Of a DNA stretch of 64,000 bases, positions 1-12,000 are shown in pieces; the stretch's first letter is position 1; each line of letters begins with the position of its first letter. The stretch covers positions 868,001-932,000 of the forward strand of contig OZ116711.1 in assembly GCA_964199315.1 (NCBI GenBank), in the 5' to 3' direction. The stretch is from Orbicella franksi. Its lineage: Eukaryota. The position numbers and the translations under genes were made by a program. Under the pieces are notes generated by a model. It saw only the letters and a program-made list of their open reading frames with translations. It searched no databases and had not been told where the DNA came from.

Positions 1-174
1 TTGCATAGACGTGTTGAAGTAAACTGAACCTTCTGTTATGTACAATATTGGTTGTATTTATGTTGCTTTAGAGTGATTCTAGCTCGTTAGGTTACCCATT
101 TACATTGTGAATAAACGAAACGATTTATTTTTTAATACGTTGAACTGTCACTGTAAACATACTCTAGACCAAGG

Positions 175-515
175 CTAAAATGCAGACTGCAGACTACAGA
201 CTTTTTAAGTACTATATATCGTGTTATTTCCATTATCGAGTACTAACCGGACACAGGGTTATTCAGGCTAATCGCGGTGAAAGTTTGAACTCCGATTATC
301 CTAATCACTCCGGTTGGACTTAATATCACTCCGGTTAGCCTAAATAACGCTCCGGTTAGCCAGGTTACGGTCAACGTTCAACGATGGAATTCTGATAAAA
401 TGTCTTTAATCTGTATTCTGCGGTCTGCATTTTACCCCTGGTCCGCGGCAGTCTGCATTTTACCCTTCAGTCTGCATTTTACCGCGGTCGACAGTCTGCG
501 TTTTACACTGACCGA
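175..515. repeat. MITE-like repeat with internal (tctgcatttacc)-type and ccggtt-type short tandem units
   Basis: taaaatgcagactgcag at the left, several agtctgcattttacc copies and agtctgcgttttacactgaccg at the right. Confidence 0.5.
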
Positions 516-1118
516 TACGTTGAAACCTTTTTTACCACAACCAAATGTTTACTTAGCTGTTTGTAAAAATGTTCGTGATAAATTCCTAGGTAGTTGCGTG
601 CTTAGGGACAGACCTGAGCGCTGGAAGTGCTGAATCCACCTTACTCTAGGAACACTTGACAGAACTAATCGCAATCACTTTGATTTTTGAAATCTGAAGG
701 GTAACAAAATTTACAGTTCTAGCCTAACCGGTACGTTTAACACCTGAATAACCCATCACCCATTTAGCAGCTTTCCTAGAAAAAGCGCATCCTTTTCTCC
801 GATTCTTCTAGGAAAGATCAAAGTGTCTCCGCTCGCAAACTAGCTGACGGCACAGTGTTATGATTGCCTCGGAATTGTATGCTTGACAAAACTAATGTCT
901 CCTATTTTTTGCGTGAGTGTCAGTTTACGTTTTGTAGTTTAAGGCTTCAAAATTGTGAGCAGTGTATTTTTTACAATCAGCTAGGGAAAGTTTTCGAGGT
1001 GTTTCTTGTCAAATTTAGAAAAGGTGAAAGCGGAAAGCTTCTAAAACACTCCTGCCACTTTGCAAATGTTAATTGTTTTTCTACTGCAATCTTCTTTGTT
1101 TGTGGGATTGCTTTACAG

Positions 1119-4100
1119 AGTCTGTTCGTTGGCCAGCTGGATTATACGGGATACCTAAACCTGCATCTGGGTGTCCCCGGTCAGATGGCTTTGTATGGAA
1201 AGAAGGGTGGAGATCGCAGTCCACTCATGGTAGACCATCAAATAGCACTAAATCAACGGAATTTCACCTTGATGGGATAGTAGATGACACGAAAGTCAAA
1301 AGATCGTTTTGTATTAAAGAAAATATAGCCGACGACGGAAGCAGACCTGCGTGGCCACAAGGTTAGTCTTGTAAAATATTTCGTTCATTTAATTTCCAGG
1401 TTCAATTTGTTGTTTCCGATCTTATTCACTTTTCTCCACCAAGATAGTCATAACTCGCATTACCTTTGATCGTCACTATTATCTATACTCTTTGCAGGAA
1501 AATATTGTATTTATAGGAAAAGGTACCAGTGCCCTGCAGGTTTCACATCAGGTGATGTCTTCTGGGATGATGAAGACACTTGGAACTCGAATAGACTCGG
1601 CGGAACACTTCCAGATGGCACCTATAACACGAACACATGGATCTATTTTTGCTGTAAAACAGATGGAGATAAAGATAATCCTATCCTTCTCCCTTCTAAA
1701 TCTCCATTTTTTCTGTTGGCTTACAAGTCAGCGAAATGCCAGATGGTCAAGTGGGCAGTAGCTACTTTGGAGTGGATATATTTTGACACTGAAGACTGGA
1801 ACAACCAAGACCAAGCCGATGGGGCATACCCTCATGATGCTGGGAAATCACCACCTACTGTGTATTACTGTTATTACCGCGGTGAGAAAAACACAAGTTT
1901 GCTCAAATTTCGCCTTTACCTATGTGTGTAGCCACATTAAGTCTTAACTGTGTCGAGAAAATGATGTCGACTCGGCCTTGTCCCGAGCGTGTTCTGCAAA
2001 CTTTTTGAGTGAAAACCGCTAACTCAAAGAAATGATGGATCGACGGAGTGTTAACGCGTTAAAAGAAAGATTGTTGGAATTCATATACTTAAAGAAAAAA
2101 TGCAGTGCATCGATGATAAATTACGACTTTCGATGGCGCACCAATCGTACTTTTTGCACAACGCCTGAGCACTCTTACAAATAAAATGATTTGCTTTAGG
2201 TTTTTGTTTCTCATTAGGCATGACATGGTAATTGAAAGATCGCTCCCCATCAGATGATATTGTCCGTACATATTTTCTCTTTCGTTCCCAGGCTGTAACG
2301 AAACTCTAACTGAAGTCCATGGCACTTTCCAGTCACCGAACTATCCTGGAAAATACCCGAATGGGCAGTACTGCTCCTGGAGGATCATGGTCAATGTAAC
2401 TCCACACATTCACTTAACCTTCACGAACTTTAGCTTACAAAACGAGAATAACACTGACGCGTTATACGTGTATGATGGAGAGAACGCGACAGGGAAGGTA
2501 TTAGGAGTGTATCATGGAAGTAATCCTCCCCCGTGGGGAGGAATATACTCCACGACAAACCACATGTTTGTAATATTTAAATCAGGCAACCAGACGGAAT
2601 CTTACACTGGCTTCAACGCTTCTTACTATGGTGTTAACAAGTCAGGTAAGTGGTCATAGGGCCGAATGCACCCTTGCTCGCAGTAACTCTGGGAACAAAT
2701 GAATTTTTCTTCGTATTTTTCATTTTTTCTCAGTATGTATTGTGGGGCAACATTTGTTATGTCCTAAGAGGCATATATTTTTCGATTCTATTGGTTCTTC
2801 CTCATTGCTTGTCCTCGACGCTGTTAAGGCAGTGGGTATTACCCAACCTTCCTGGTTCCTAAAAGTTAACTTTTAGGTGTCCCCAACTAGTAGAGGGTTT
2901 CACCGGCTCTCGGCTATTTAAGCCCGGACAGTTAACGTTAATCAAGTTGTTGTCGTTGTTGTTAAGTAGCTAACTGATCCAATCTATTGCAAAATTCTTA
3001 CTGTAATTATTACCATAAATCATATTAGTTAACCACAGTTCTTTACTTCTTGGCTATTTATATTTCTAGTTGCTGTATCAGCGAACTCAACTTATGTTAA
3101 AACTAAGTGACGTTTGTTTGTAGCGTTTGTTAGGTGGTAACATTAATACAGTAAATTATCATTTTAAATAAAAGGAAATCATTGTGAACCGTGATGGTTG
3201 ATTTGGATATCTGATTTTAACTCCTACAGGTTTTTCTCCATTTTCTGCTTGGGTTTCTTTTTTTACTCCAACGATATATCAAGCACTCGAGACAGTGCTT
3301 CATCACATTTCCAACTGAAATTCAACAACTGAACATGAATTTTGTCAATATACTCTGCTGTGTATAACTCTTAATTTTTTTTTTTGGGCGGGGGGGGGGG
3401 GGTTTCAATGGTTTTTTTTATCAGTGTTTAGAAATGTGTTTAAACGTTCTGATATCATGATTTTCCCCTCAGAATTAGATTCCAAGGTCACCAGTACGAG
3501 TACACAAACCACCAAAGTGAAGTCACCATCTCCTGTCACTCATAGAACATCATACATGTATACTCTGCAAGAAACAACATCCAATAGACAGCCGCGGACA
3601 TCATCAAGGCCTTCAACAACTGAAGGGCCGTCAAAGGATGGTGGGAAACACGAAGAGAAAGAACAAACTCAGAAAACAGGTAATTACACACAAATCCTGT
3701 ATACAGTTATCTCAATTGTAATTGGTGACCTAAAAGCTTTCATTAGTTATTTAGTTTCTCTTCAGTTTGGTGAACTGTGTGAAACTACTGAATAGAGTTT
3801 GTAAAAGACATAGCCGTAAAGATTTTAGCCTTGGATTATTTTTGTTGATGTTGTGGGCCTAGTACCCTTTGACGTTTCTAGTGTTTAGATTGTCTTTATG
3901 AAATTATACACCTTTCATCCCAACATCAAGTGAAAAATAGATGAAACGTGCATCAAGGCAACACTGGCATTTATGTGTTGAGGCATCGCACATATCTTCA
4001 AAATCTCTAAAGTTTGAGGAATATAATAGGCGAGTTCATACTACGTACGTAAGTAGGCCTTAAGTACGCCCAAGGTCTACTTGGAATGTGAACGGGGTTT

Positions 4101-7100
4101 ATTTTAGTTCAAGTACCTTACTTTGTAACCTTAGAAACGGCGTACTTTCAAAGGAGCCGAAGTGCGCTCTTAAGTCTAGTTTTGCTGTTCTCGAATGCGT
4201 TCTTAGGCACTATCAAAACACGCGAAAGCGATAACACGTCAATCAACTAAACGGCGGGAAAAGCTAGTGCACGCAAACCTTGGCGAAGCAAAAAGCATGG
4301 ATTACAACGCAAGCCGGCCTCGCTTCTTCGCTCAGCAACAATACCGATTAGAGGACGACGATTCCGTGGACTTAAGCCTCATGTAAGTGCAGTTTCATTT
4401 ATTTATTAAACCAGTTAAAGACTTTTGAACAAATGTTCTGTTTTACTCTTAATAAAATCTTAATAGCCATGTTTTCATAAGCATGCTTTCTGTTCGATAG
4501 CAACAACTTAAACCAAAGATTTGCCGGAGCAGTACCCGTAACGATTAACCAGCCACAAACGCCTTTCCGCAGTGGACAACTCTTTCATTTCCCACCACAC
4601 AGCCACACCTTTTACCGTCCTGCTGCATTTCAACCGAGCGACAGTCCACCACAAAGCAACGACAGCTCCCTAGTATCGCGAACCCCATCACCAGGGCCTG
4701 AGACTTCATCCGCTAACTCAAGCCGGGTCAGTAAAACAAGTTCCGAAGGCAAAAAGAAGACCAAATTAAAGGCGTCTGACTGGACAGAAGACGAAACTCG
4801 TGAGATGCTGGCAGTATGGGGGCCACGGTACAGCAAGCTACGCAGTGCGTCCAACAAAGAAAGGATTAAGATATGGAATGAAATTTTTATCGCATACAAG
4901 GAAAGCTGTCCTGACAGCGAAAGAACTTTGCCGCAGGTAAAGAAACGCCAGCAAAATCTCGAGTACGAGTATAAGCTTTTAAAGCAACGCTCTCAGTCGA
5001 CCGGCGAAGTGGGGTTTAAGAAAATCAAAGAGGGGTTTCCATACTTCGACTTTTTCGACGACGTGATGGGTCATCGCGATAGCGTTGACCCATCCAAAAT
5101 GGCACTCGAAGGCTCTTCCACGTTTGCCTTCGAAGAAGGCAGCAGCACATCACTCTCTCCACAAGGAAGCGTGGCCGACACAGAAAACATGGAAAATGAA
5201 TTCGAAACTGCGACGCCCAATGAAGGAGTGAAACGAAAGGCAACTGATAAGCCAGCGAAATCTGGCAGCAAAGGAAAGAAGACACGTGATGAGCAAACAG
5301 CGACGTCTGAGTGGCAGACAAGTTTTCTACAACTTATGGAACGAAGCATAGAGCAAGATAACATACGATTTGAACGTTCCACAGAAATGCTTCGGGAATC
5401 ACAGAGGAATCAGTTGGAACAAACAAATGCAATTCTCGCAGGGTTTAAGGACATTTTCAAAGATTTGGTGTCAAAGTAAATCAGTGCACATATTTGATGT
5501 TCTAAAAAGGAGACAGTTGTATTAATTCTAATTATATATATATTTGTTACTGTTCTGCTGTTTTGTTGTTGCCTGTATCGGCAAGTTTATATGTTTATAT
5601 GACATTTTGGTGCTACACATAGCATTCGTTAACAAATAAAACCTGCAGTTGGAAAATGTACTGTTACAAGTTATCCCGCACAAAGTCTTTTAAAGCATCT
5701 CTCACATCGTTGCCAGTTTCAAATAGAAGTCTGCCTTCATCTTCATCGTCTGAGTCATCATCGGAGTCGCAGCCATCATCATATAGATCACCTCTCTCAA
5801 TGCAAATGTTATGCAAAACACATGACGCAACAACAGTTTTCGTAAGGGTTGTCGTTTTCTGCTCAATTTTTTTCATAACAATTCGCCACCGTGATTTTAA
5901 CATGCCAAATGCACGCTCGACTACGCATCGTAGGGCACTGAATTTTTTGTTGAATTTTTTTTGTTGAGGAGTTAAGTGCCCCCTGTCTGAGTAAGGTTTC
6001 ATGAGCCAGCTGGTAAGGGGATATGCACTGTCTCCAGCGAGAAGAGGGCCGATTTCTACTCCATTTATATTCCTCGTCGGGCCAGCAAGAATTTGCTCAT
6101 TTTGTGCCAAATCGTATAGTCCACTTAGTCTAAGGACGCGAGCATCGTGTATGCTGCCTGGATAACCAACGGTAGCATGGATGAATTTCAGGTTAGAATC
6201 AACTATAGCTTGAAGGTTCACACTATAATGCTGCTTACGATTATAGTAATCCTCGTGATTTCGTGGTGGAGCATTTATCTCTATGTGGCAACCATCTATG
6301 GCTCCGACAATTTGAGGTATGCCATACATCTCTTCGAACTCGTCAACCTTTTCTGTAATTTCCTGCCTTGTCAAGGGAAATTTTATGAATTGATCCTTCC
6401 TACGAAGAAGAGCGCGCTCGAATTCACTACAAATGCATTTCGCTGTTGACTTTCCGTATCCAAATTGTAACCCACAGCTTCTATAACTGTTGCCGGTTGC
6501 AAGTCGCCATAATGCTAAACCAACTCTTTCTTCTACACTAATTGGCACTCGCATCCGCGTGTGTTGTTTTTGTATATCTGCTCTTATTACGTCACATAGG
6601 TATTCAAATGTTGCGTGAGTGATACGAAAATGTTCCTTCCAAAGAAAATGCAGTGCTGGATTAGCTATAAGAAGGCGAAACCAGTTCTGTGGTCTAGGCC
6701 AAACCCAAGCTCTTCTTTTCAGTTGTGGTCTTTGTTGTTGTGAGTGCCCTGCCATATAAATAAGCAACATCCGACGGTTTCGCCGGCTAATTCTAAAGGC
6801 TTCCTCCATTAAAGCGAAGCAATACATTTGTTGAAGCATGAAAGACCGCTGTCGCAAAAGTAGGAAAGCAAAAATCAAAATAAGGGACGCTATTCGAACG
6901 TTTCGAGGTCGCGGCATAATGAAGCTTTGAGTGTCTTGACTACATTTGCTTTGGCGGGTTTTACCGCGTAGTTTGATTGACAAGCGATTCCGCAAGTAGC
7001 ATACTTTGCAATTTAGTATGAACGCTTATCTTTAAAAGTTAGCACCGCCAGTCTCAAGTTCACTTGAGTTTTTATCGTACTTAAGGCCTACTTGGGCCCT

Positions 7101-8787
7101 AGTATGAACTTACCTAATGTGTAAAACATCTTTGATCAATCCGAACTAGGAAACGAAACCAATTTAGAATTTTTCCCTTGAGAATAGAATTAGGTGCTAT
7201 GTTTTGAACGGAAATGTATTTCTAACAGCTTTAAGGAACAAAGAGACTAAGATCAACAAAGACGCTATATATGGACCAGTGATAGGAGTTCTAGCCTTGC
7301 TCTTAACAGCTTCTATAATTAACTCAGTCGTCAAGAGCCACAAACGTAAGTGTTGAAAATTGCACTATTACGAGATTCTGACCGTTACTCTTTAAAGTGA
7401 ACTTTCTGTCAGCGATAGTCGACTTGGCTACGCTTCTTTGACAATTTTATGTAATTAATTCCCTCATAGAAAACACGTACACGGAGTCTAACCGCTTTGA
7501 GAAATTTAAAAATTATTGCAAGGAAACCCTTTAACGATAACCATTTGAAATGACTTGTTCTATGTCATTTCAAATGGTTATCGAAAAATAGTACCGACAG
7601 ATGTGAAATGCAAACATTATAAGGCCTTTATTGTTCCTTATTTTAGATATTGCTCAGTAATTTGGCACTTTTGCGGGGCTCAAAATGGACATAAATTAGA
7701 GAATCTTAACAAAAATTGAAAAAGGTAAAAAAGTGTTAAAAAAGGTGATGCATGTGAGTACTGTCCTATGCTGTTCTCTCATAGAAAACTCGTTCGCAAA
7801 GTCTAACTCCTTTCGACAATTTTAAAATATTGCAAGCAATCCCTTTTACGATAGCCATTTGAAATGACTTGTTCTATGCGAGTTGGCATAATTTAAATAA
7901 GAACACGGACGTTAACTGTTTCTATTTGTTCGAATTTTATAGGTCGCAGAGTTGACCGGTAAGTTAATTTACTATAACTTGATTCTGCTGATGATAAACT
8001 GGAGGTAAAACACCAGCCAAGAGTTGCTAAAACACAGAAAAATACAACATGAGAAGATTAGTGCCGCAGGTCTTTTACGATAAACGTTTTCTCATGAAAT
8101 AATACTGTTCTTAACTTGTACAAAACTAATCAGGGTCACATTAGTAATTACAAATTTTTGTCTTTCATTTCATTTCATTTTTTTAGAATGGAAGAAAAAC
8201 CCGTGGGCTCTCATTTTGTGAGTAAGAAATCATTAAAACCTCCTCTTATAATGTCCACCCACTGGGTTAGGCAAGGCGTACTTGAAAGAGCTGCAGTTGG
8301 TTAACAAACGAAAAGGAGAATGCTTATGTCCATACTATGCTCGTTAATGTTAATGTCCATGCTATCTTCGCCCAGTGGTGCGACAAGTAGCGTTGATGTA
8401 ATAATAATCTTTAGAAATCTATGTTAAACTTACGCTTGTTAGGAAATCTAATTTGAGTTTCAGTATTTCCTCTCGTAAAACCCGGCTATTCTTACAATTT
8501 AGTCAAGAAATCGGATGTTATGGACTACATAAGACCATTTGACAAGTACCTGAAAGTATAACGAATATCGAATGTTGTGGTCCTTAAAACCACGCCATCT
8601 GTGAGCAGATGATGTAGGTAAAAATTCATCACTGGTTTTCACTATATTCCTTAGTTTCACATTGATCAGTCAGCTGATCGGATGAGACATAACGTAGCCT
8701 CCTGTTTCTCTTCAGTTTGGTGAGCGGGTGAAACAACTGAATAGAGTTTGGAAAAGACCTAGCCGTAAAGATTTTGGACTTGGATAA
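1119..8787 (+). CDS. Paralog A: ApeC(apextrin C-terminal)-CUB-Ser/Thr stalk-TM receptor, 5' partial, short cytoplasmic tail (tail exons tentative)
   Basis: Exons 1119-1361 (ESVRWPAGLYGIPKPASGCP...WPQG) and 1498-1881 (GKYCIY...FWDDED...FCCKTDG...DTED...YYCYYR) form an 8-Cys ApeC. Then 2292-2645 CUB (CNETL...FQSPNYP...YCSW...VYDG...TGF), 3473-3679 S/T-rich, 7229-7345 TM (AIYGPVIGVLALLLTASIINSVV). Tentative micro-exons 7943-7958 (RRRVD), 8187-8217 (RMEEKPVGSHF) and 8716-8787 (FGERV...GLG*). All GT-AG and in frame. No signal-peptide exon found in 1-1118, so it is probably upstream of the window. Confidence 0.85.
4297..5479 (+). CDS. Harbinger accessory Myb/SANT-like (trihelix-type) DNA-binding protein, 2 exons, ~354 aa
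   Basis: ATG at 4297. Exon 1 4297-4382 (donor GTAAGT), intron 4383-4500, exon 2 4501-5479 in frame with the ORF-track protein. Motif WTEDETREMLAVW...IWNEI...RTLPQVKKRQQNLEYEYK...FPYFDFFDDVMG, with a C-terminal coiled-coil-like segment. Confidence 0.88.
5664..6917 (-). CDS. PIF/Harbinger DDE transposase (HARBI1-like family), ~417 aa from first ATG
   Basis: Uninterrupted ORF. HTH region (ISVEERVGLALWRLATGNSY) and catalytic motifs GAIDGCH, YYNRKQHYS, GDSAYPL, VERAFGMLKSRW. Confidence 0.95.
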   Translation of the reverse strand: MPRPRNVRIASLILIFAFLLLRQRSFMLQQMYCFALMEEAFRISRRNRRMLLIYMAGHSQQQRPQLKRRAWVWPRPQNWFRLLIANPALHFLWKEHFRITHATFEYLCDVIRADIQKQHTRMRVPISVEERVGLALWRLATGNSYRSCGLQFGYGKSTAKCICSEFERALLRRKDQFIKFPLTRQEITEKVDEFEEMYGIPQIVGAIDGCHIEINAPPRNHEDYYNRKQHYSVNLQAIVDSNLKFIHATVGYPGSIHDARVLRLSGLYDLAQNEQILAGPTRNINGVEIGPLLAGDSAYPLTSWLMKPYSDRGHLTPQQKKFNKKFSALRCVVERAFGMLKSRWRIVMKKIEQKTTTLTKTVVASCVLHNICIERGDLYDDGCDSDDDSDDEDEGRLLFETGNDVRDALKDFVRDNL

Positions 8788-9098
8788 TTTTTGTTGATGT
8801 TGTGGGCCTAATAGAAGATGATATAGGTAGAAATGCATCACGGATTTTCACTCGGATGGCACATAACGTAGCTTCCTGTGTAGACATTCATTAGGCTCGT
8901 CGCGCACTTCCCTTCAACTCCTCCCTCCCTCCCCACGTAGAAGAAGGAGTGCGTGACAAGCCAAATTAACACACATACCAACTTGCGTCATACAAATCAA
9001 GGCAGTCGTCCCGTTTCAGCTTGCTATGAGTAGCGTTATAGTCAGACTTCTTTTCAATACATGTATTGAGATATTGTCCCGATTTCAGCACTTTTGAG

Positions 9099-12000
9099 AT
9101 GTTATGGTGGCGAGCCTTAATTCTGACAACTTTTGCCCGAAGCTTACGTACTTCAGGTAAGATTTAAAGGAAGCTAGAGCTTTATAGGTGATATCGACTT
9201 TGAAAAGCACGCGAGGGAGATATCGCCGAGTGGTGTAACCAAGCTTATTCCGTGACGACGAAGATCCCGACTAAGTCCCAATTCGGAACAAAGAATGATT
9301 GTTGCTGAGTCCTACAATGGTGATTTATTCTAACAGCTAAAATAATTCGGCAAAAATTTCGATTAGGCTGATAGATACAATTCGTGTAATTGGGTAATTT
9401 GACTCTTGAAAGAGTACTGTCAATTCTCCGTGAATTAATTATAAGAAATATTTAATATAAAGCTTTTGTGTGGTATCATGCAAACTGTTCGTCGAACATT
9501 TTGAATGGATATCTCAAATGATTAAAGAGTTTGATGTGTTTTTTTTTATACTCTACATCCATGGAATCCTAATCATTATAAAAGTGAAATATATAATTAT
9601 TAGTCAGCATCATGGAAGCTGAAAAGCTAGACTTAACATTATTACCTAGAATAGAATAATACTTAGAACTTAGCTCTTATTAACCGAGCTAAGTCGGTCT
9701 GTATGGGAGAATCTTGACCGAGGTCGTGAGTACAAGAAGAAAACTTCAAGTCGTTCAATGTAACTGGTTTGCTGACATTTTGCTTGCAAACGGAAATGAG
9801 CTCAACTTAAACTTGCCGAAATTTGCTCGTCCTCTTTACTTTTGTTTTTTGTTGTCATCGGGCTTTTTGGCACTTCCATAAATGATTGAGAAGAAAATAA
9901 AAGAAAACGGTGAACATTTTTGTATTTTAGTTTGCTACTTTTTCAACGCAAAATGAAACCGGTCTAGATGCTGGTCTAGATAGGAAAATCTAGACCGCGC
10001 TCAATATCGATTTCAGCCAATCAAATTCGTGAATTCGGTAGTTCCCAGTCCTTGTGAGACATAGCCATATAATAAAGAATAATATTATTAGTTGTCATTA
10101 CTATAGTTCTCATTTATACACGTTCGTATTTTGAACGAGTTCTTAGCTCCTCGACGAAACGTGTGGAAATAAATGATTGATTGATTGATTGACTGATTGA
10201 TTGATTGATTGACTTAGTTCTATGCTGGATATCAATCCTAAATTAACGTTTCTCCACAAAATTGAATAACTTTGTTCAATTTTTTAAAGCCTCAGTTCGT
10301 TGGCCGGCCGAAACATACGGGATACCCAAACCTGCTTCTGGCTGTCCTTTGTCAGATGGCTTTCAGTGGGAGGAGGGATGGAGGCTTCAGGACACAGAAG
10401 ATCTTTTTTCAAACAACGGAAAATCAGCGGAATTTCACCTCGACGGAGACGTAGGTAGCCGGAAAATTAAAAGATCGTTCTGTATTAAGACATCTACGGC
10501 TGATGATGATAACCGACCCGACTGGCCACGAGGTTAGTATCGAAAAGATCACGAATTAATAACACCGAAAAGCATTTCCAGGTTAATTTGTAATAGGCTG
10601 ATTTAGTTGCACAAAAAAAGCAGTGAAAAAAAATGCCATGCTGAATCGACAAGAGGAAGAATCAAACATCAGGGAATAATGAATTATTAACTGAGTTGAT
10701 TCCCCATTGGGTTTTTGGAAGTTTCAAGTTTCAAGCATTACCCCTTTTCTCCTTCTCTCTTTTTCTCCGAAGAAGGGGAACGGGAATTAATTAAACTTCA
10801 GCGACTGAAAAGTAACTAAGCTGTGTCAACCGTCCTATTTTGCAATGCAACCCGTGTGACTTGTTACTTCACTTTAATTAATAAGAGTTACAATAGTATC
10901 TTTATAATGTCAGTCTTAAATCTATGAGGCACAAAACCTTTAGGTCAGAAAATTGACTTAAGGATCTTGTCTTACGTCCGATGATGCAAGCAAGCGCGGT
11001 TGATCTACGCCTTAAAACCTCTATTTTCATTCCTTTGTGTTAATCTGCACCTCTTCCGTTCTTAGAACCGCTGGTTGTGTTCTTAATCTTTTATTTGTTT
11101 GGGTAATTATAAAAAAGGTATGTCGCAGGGCATGGATGCATGATAACGTTTATACGCATTGATATTAAACGTAGTCTCATAAATGTCCAAAAAAAAAAAA
11201 AAAATCGACCAAACAATTAAATATGATTGTTCTTCTAAAGAATCAAAATATCCTACTTTCCCGCAGGTCAGTACTGTATCTACATGTATCAAAAGGGACG
11301 GTGTCCGAAAGGTCTGATGTCAGGTTCTGTCTTCTGGGATGACGAAGACGACCTTATTTCCAATGCTAATGATAAAGATGGAACCCTTCCTGATGGCGAG
11401 TATAATAAGAACACACTGATTCGATTTTGTTGTGCAACAGGCGGAGATAGAAATGAACCTGTCCTCCTCCCCTCTAAATCTCCGTTTTTCCTACTGACCT
11501 ATGCCTCAAAAAAATGCCAGATGGTGAAGTGGGCGGTAACTAGTGTGGAGTGGATTCATTATAACACAGAACACTGGAGTAACAATGATGAAGGAAAAGG
11601 GGCGTATCCTTACGACGCTGGGGAAACGCACCCCACAATTTACTACTGTTACTACCAAGGTGAGAAAACATCCATCTAACTATTGACGTATGTGTCGGTT
11701 TTGTTAAGTACCTTAACGAGTTATGACGGTTTTAGTGTTTACAATCCAAATAACAAGCAACGGTTTTTACTAAACTGAGTAGCATGAAAATCTCAACAAA
11801 TTCAACCAACCTGAGAAGGTTGATCCCTGGCTTTGAACGAAGCCATGAGGAAGTGTTCTACTGCAAAACTGTAACACATATGTCAACCAGGCTGCAGTTA
11901 AAATTAATGGTTCAAGTAGAATACGAACTGATAATTGTTTGATACCAGGATAAATTTGATTCCGGTTAAATCATGGCAATCTTTTCTAGGATGTAATGAA

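Larger units (their letters stand above)
4028..7115. mobile_element. Autonomous PIF/Harbinger-superfamily DNA transposon, apparently intact, in the stalk-TM intron of paralog A
   Basis: Imperfect ~40-bp TIRs at 4028-4068 (aggcgagttcatacta...aagtaggccttaagtacg) and 7076-7115. 3-bp TSD AAT at 4025-4027 and 7116-7118. Two convergent genes (Myb/SANT-like and DDE transposase). Confidence 0.93.

Noticed and set aside
1-1118. Signal-peptide exon of paralog A
   Set aside because: No ATG-hydrophobic-G|GT exon like those of B, C and D was found. It probably lies upstream of the window.
4630-6449. Antisense ORFs overlapping the transposon genes, and most other short ORFs in the track
   Set aside because: Shadow frames of real CDS or repeat-derived. 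No domains and no consistent exon structure.
7229-7345. Paralog A as an adaptor-coupled activating receptor
   Set aside because: No Lys, Arg or Asp inside the predicted TM helix (only a polar Asn), so the classical paired-receptor signature is absent.
7647-7660. Alternative stop exon for A (HIAQ*) and the Tyr-containing frame near 8503-8561
   Set aside because: The first is possible but unsupported. The second needs a phase-1 junction that the preceding micro-exon does not give. Cannot be resolved without RNA data.
7460-7879. Diverged ~105-bp direct repeat (7460-7566 and 7774-7879) in an intron of A
   Set aside because: Non-coding, no splice signals in frame, and looks like a local or dispersed repeat fragment.
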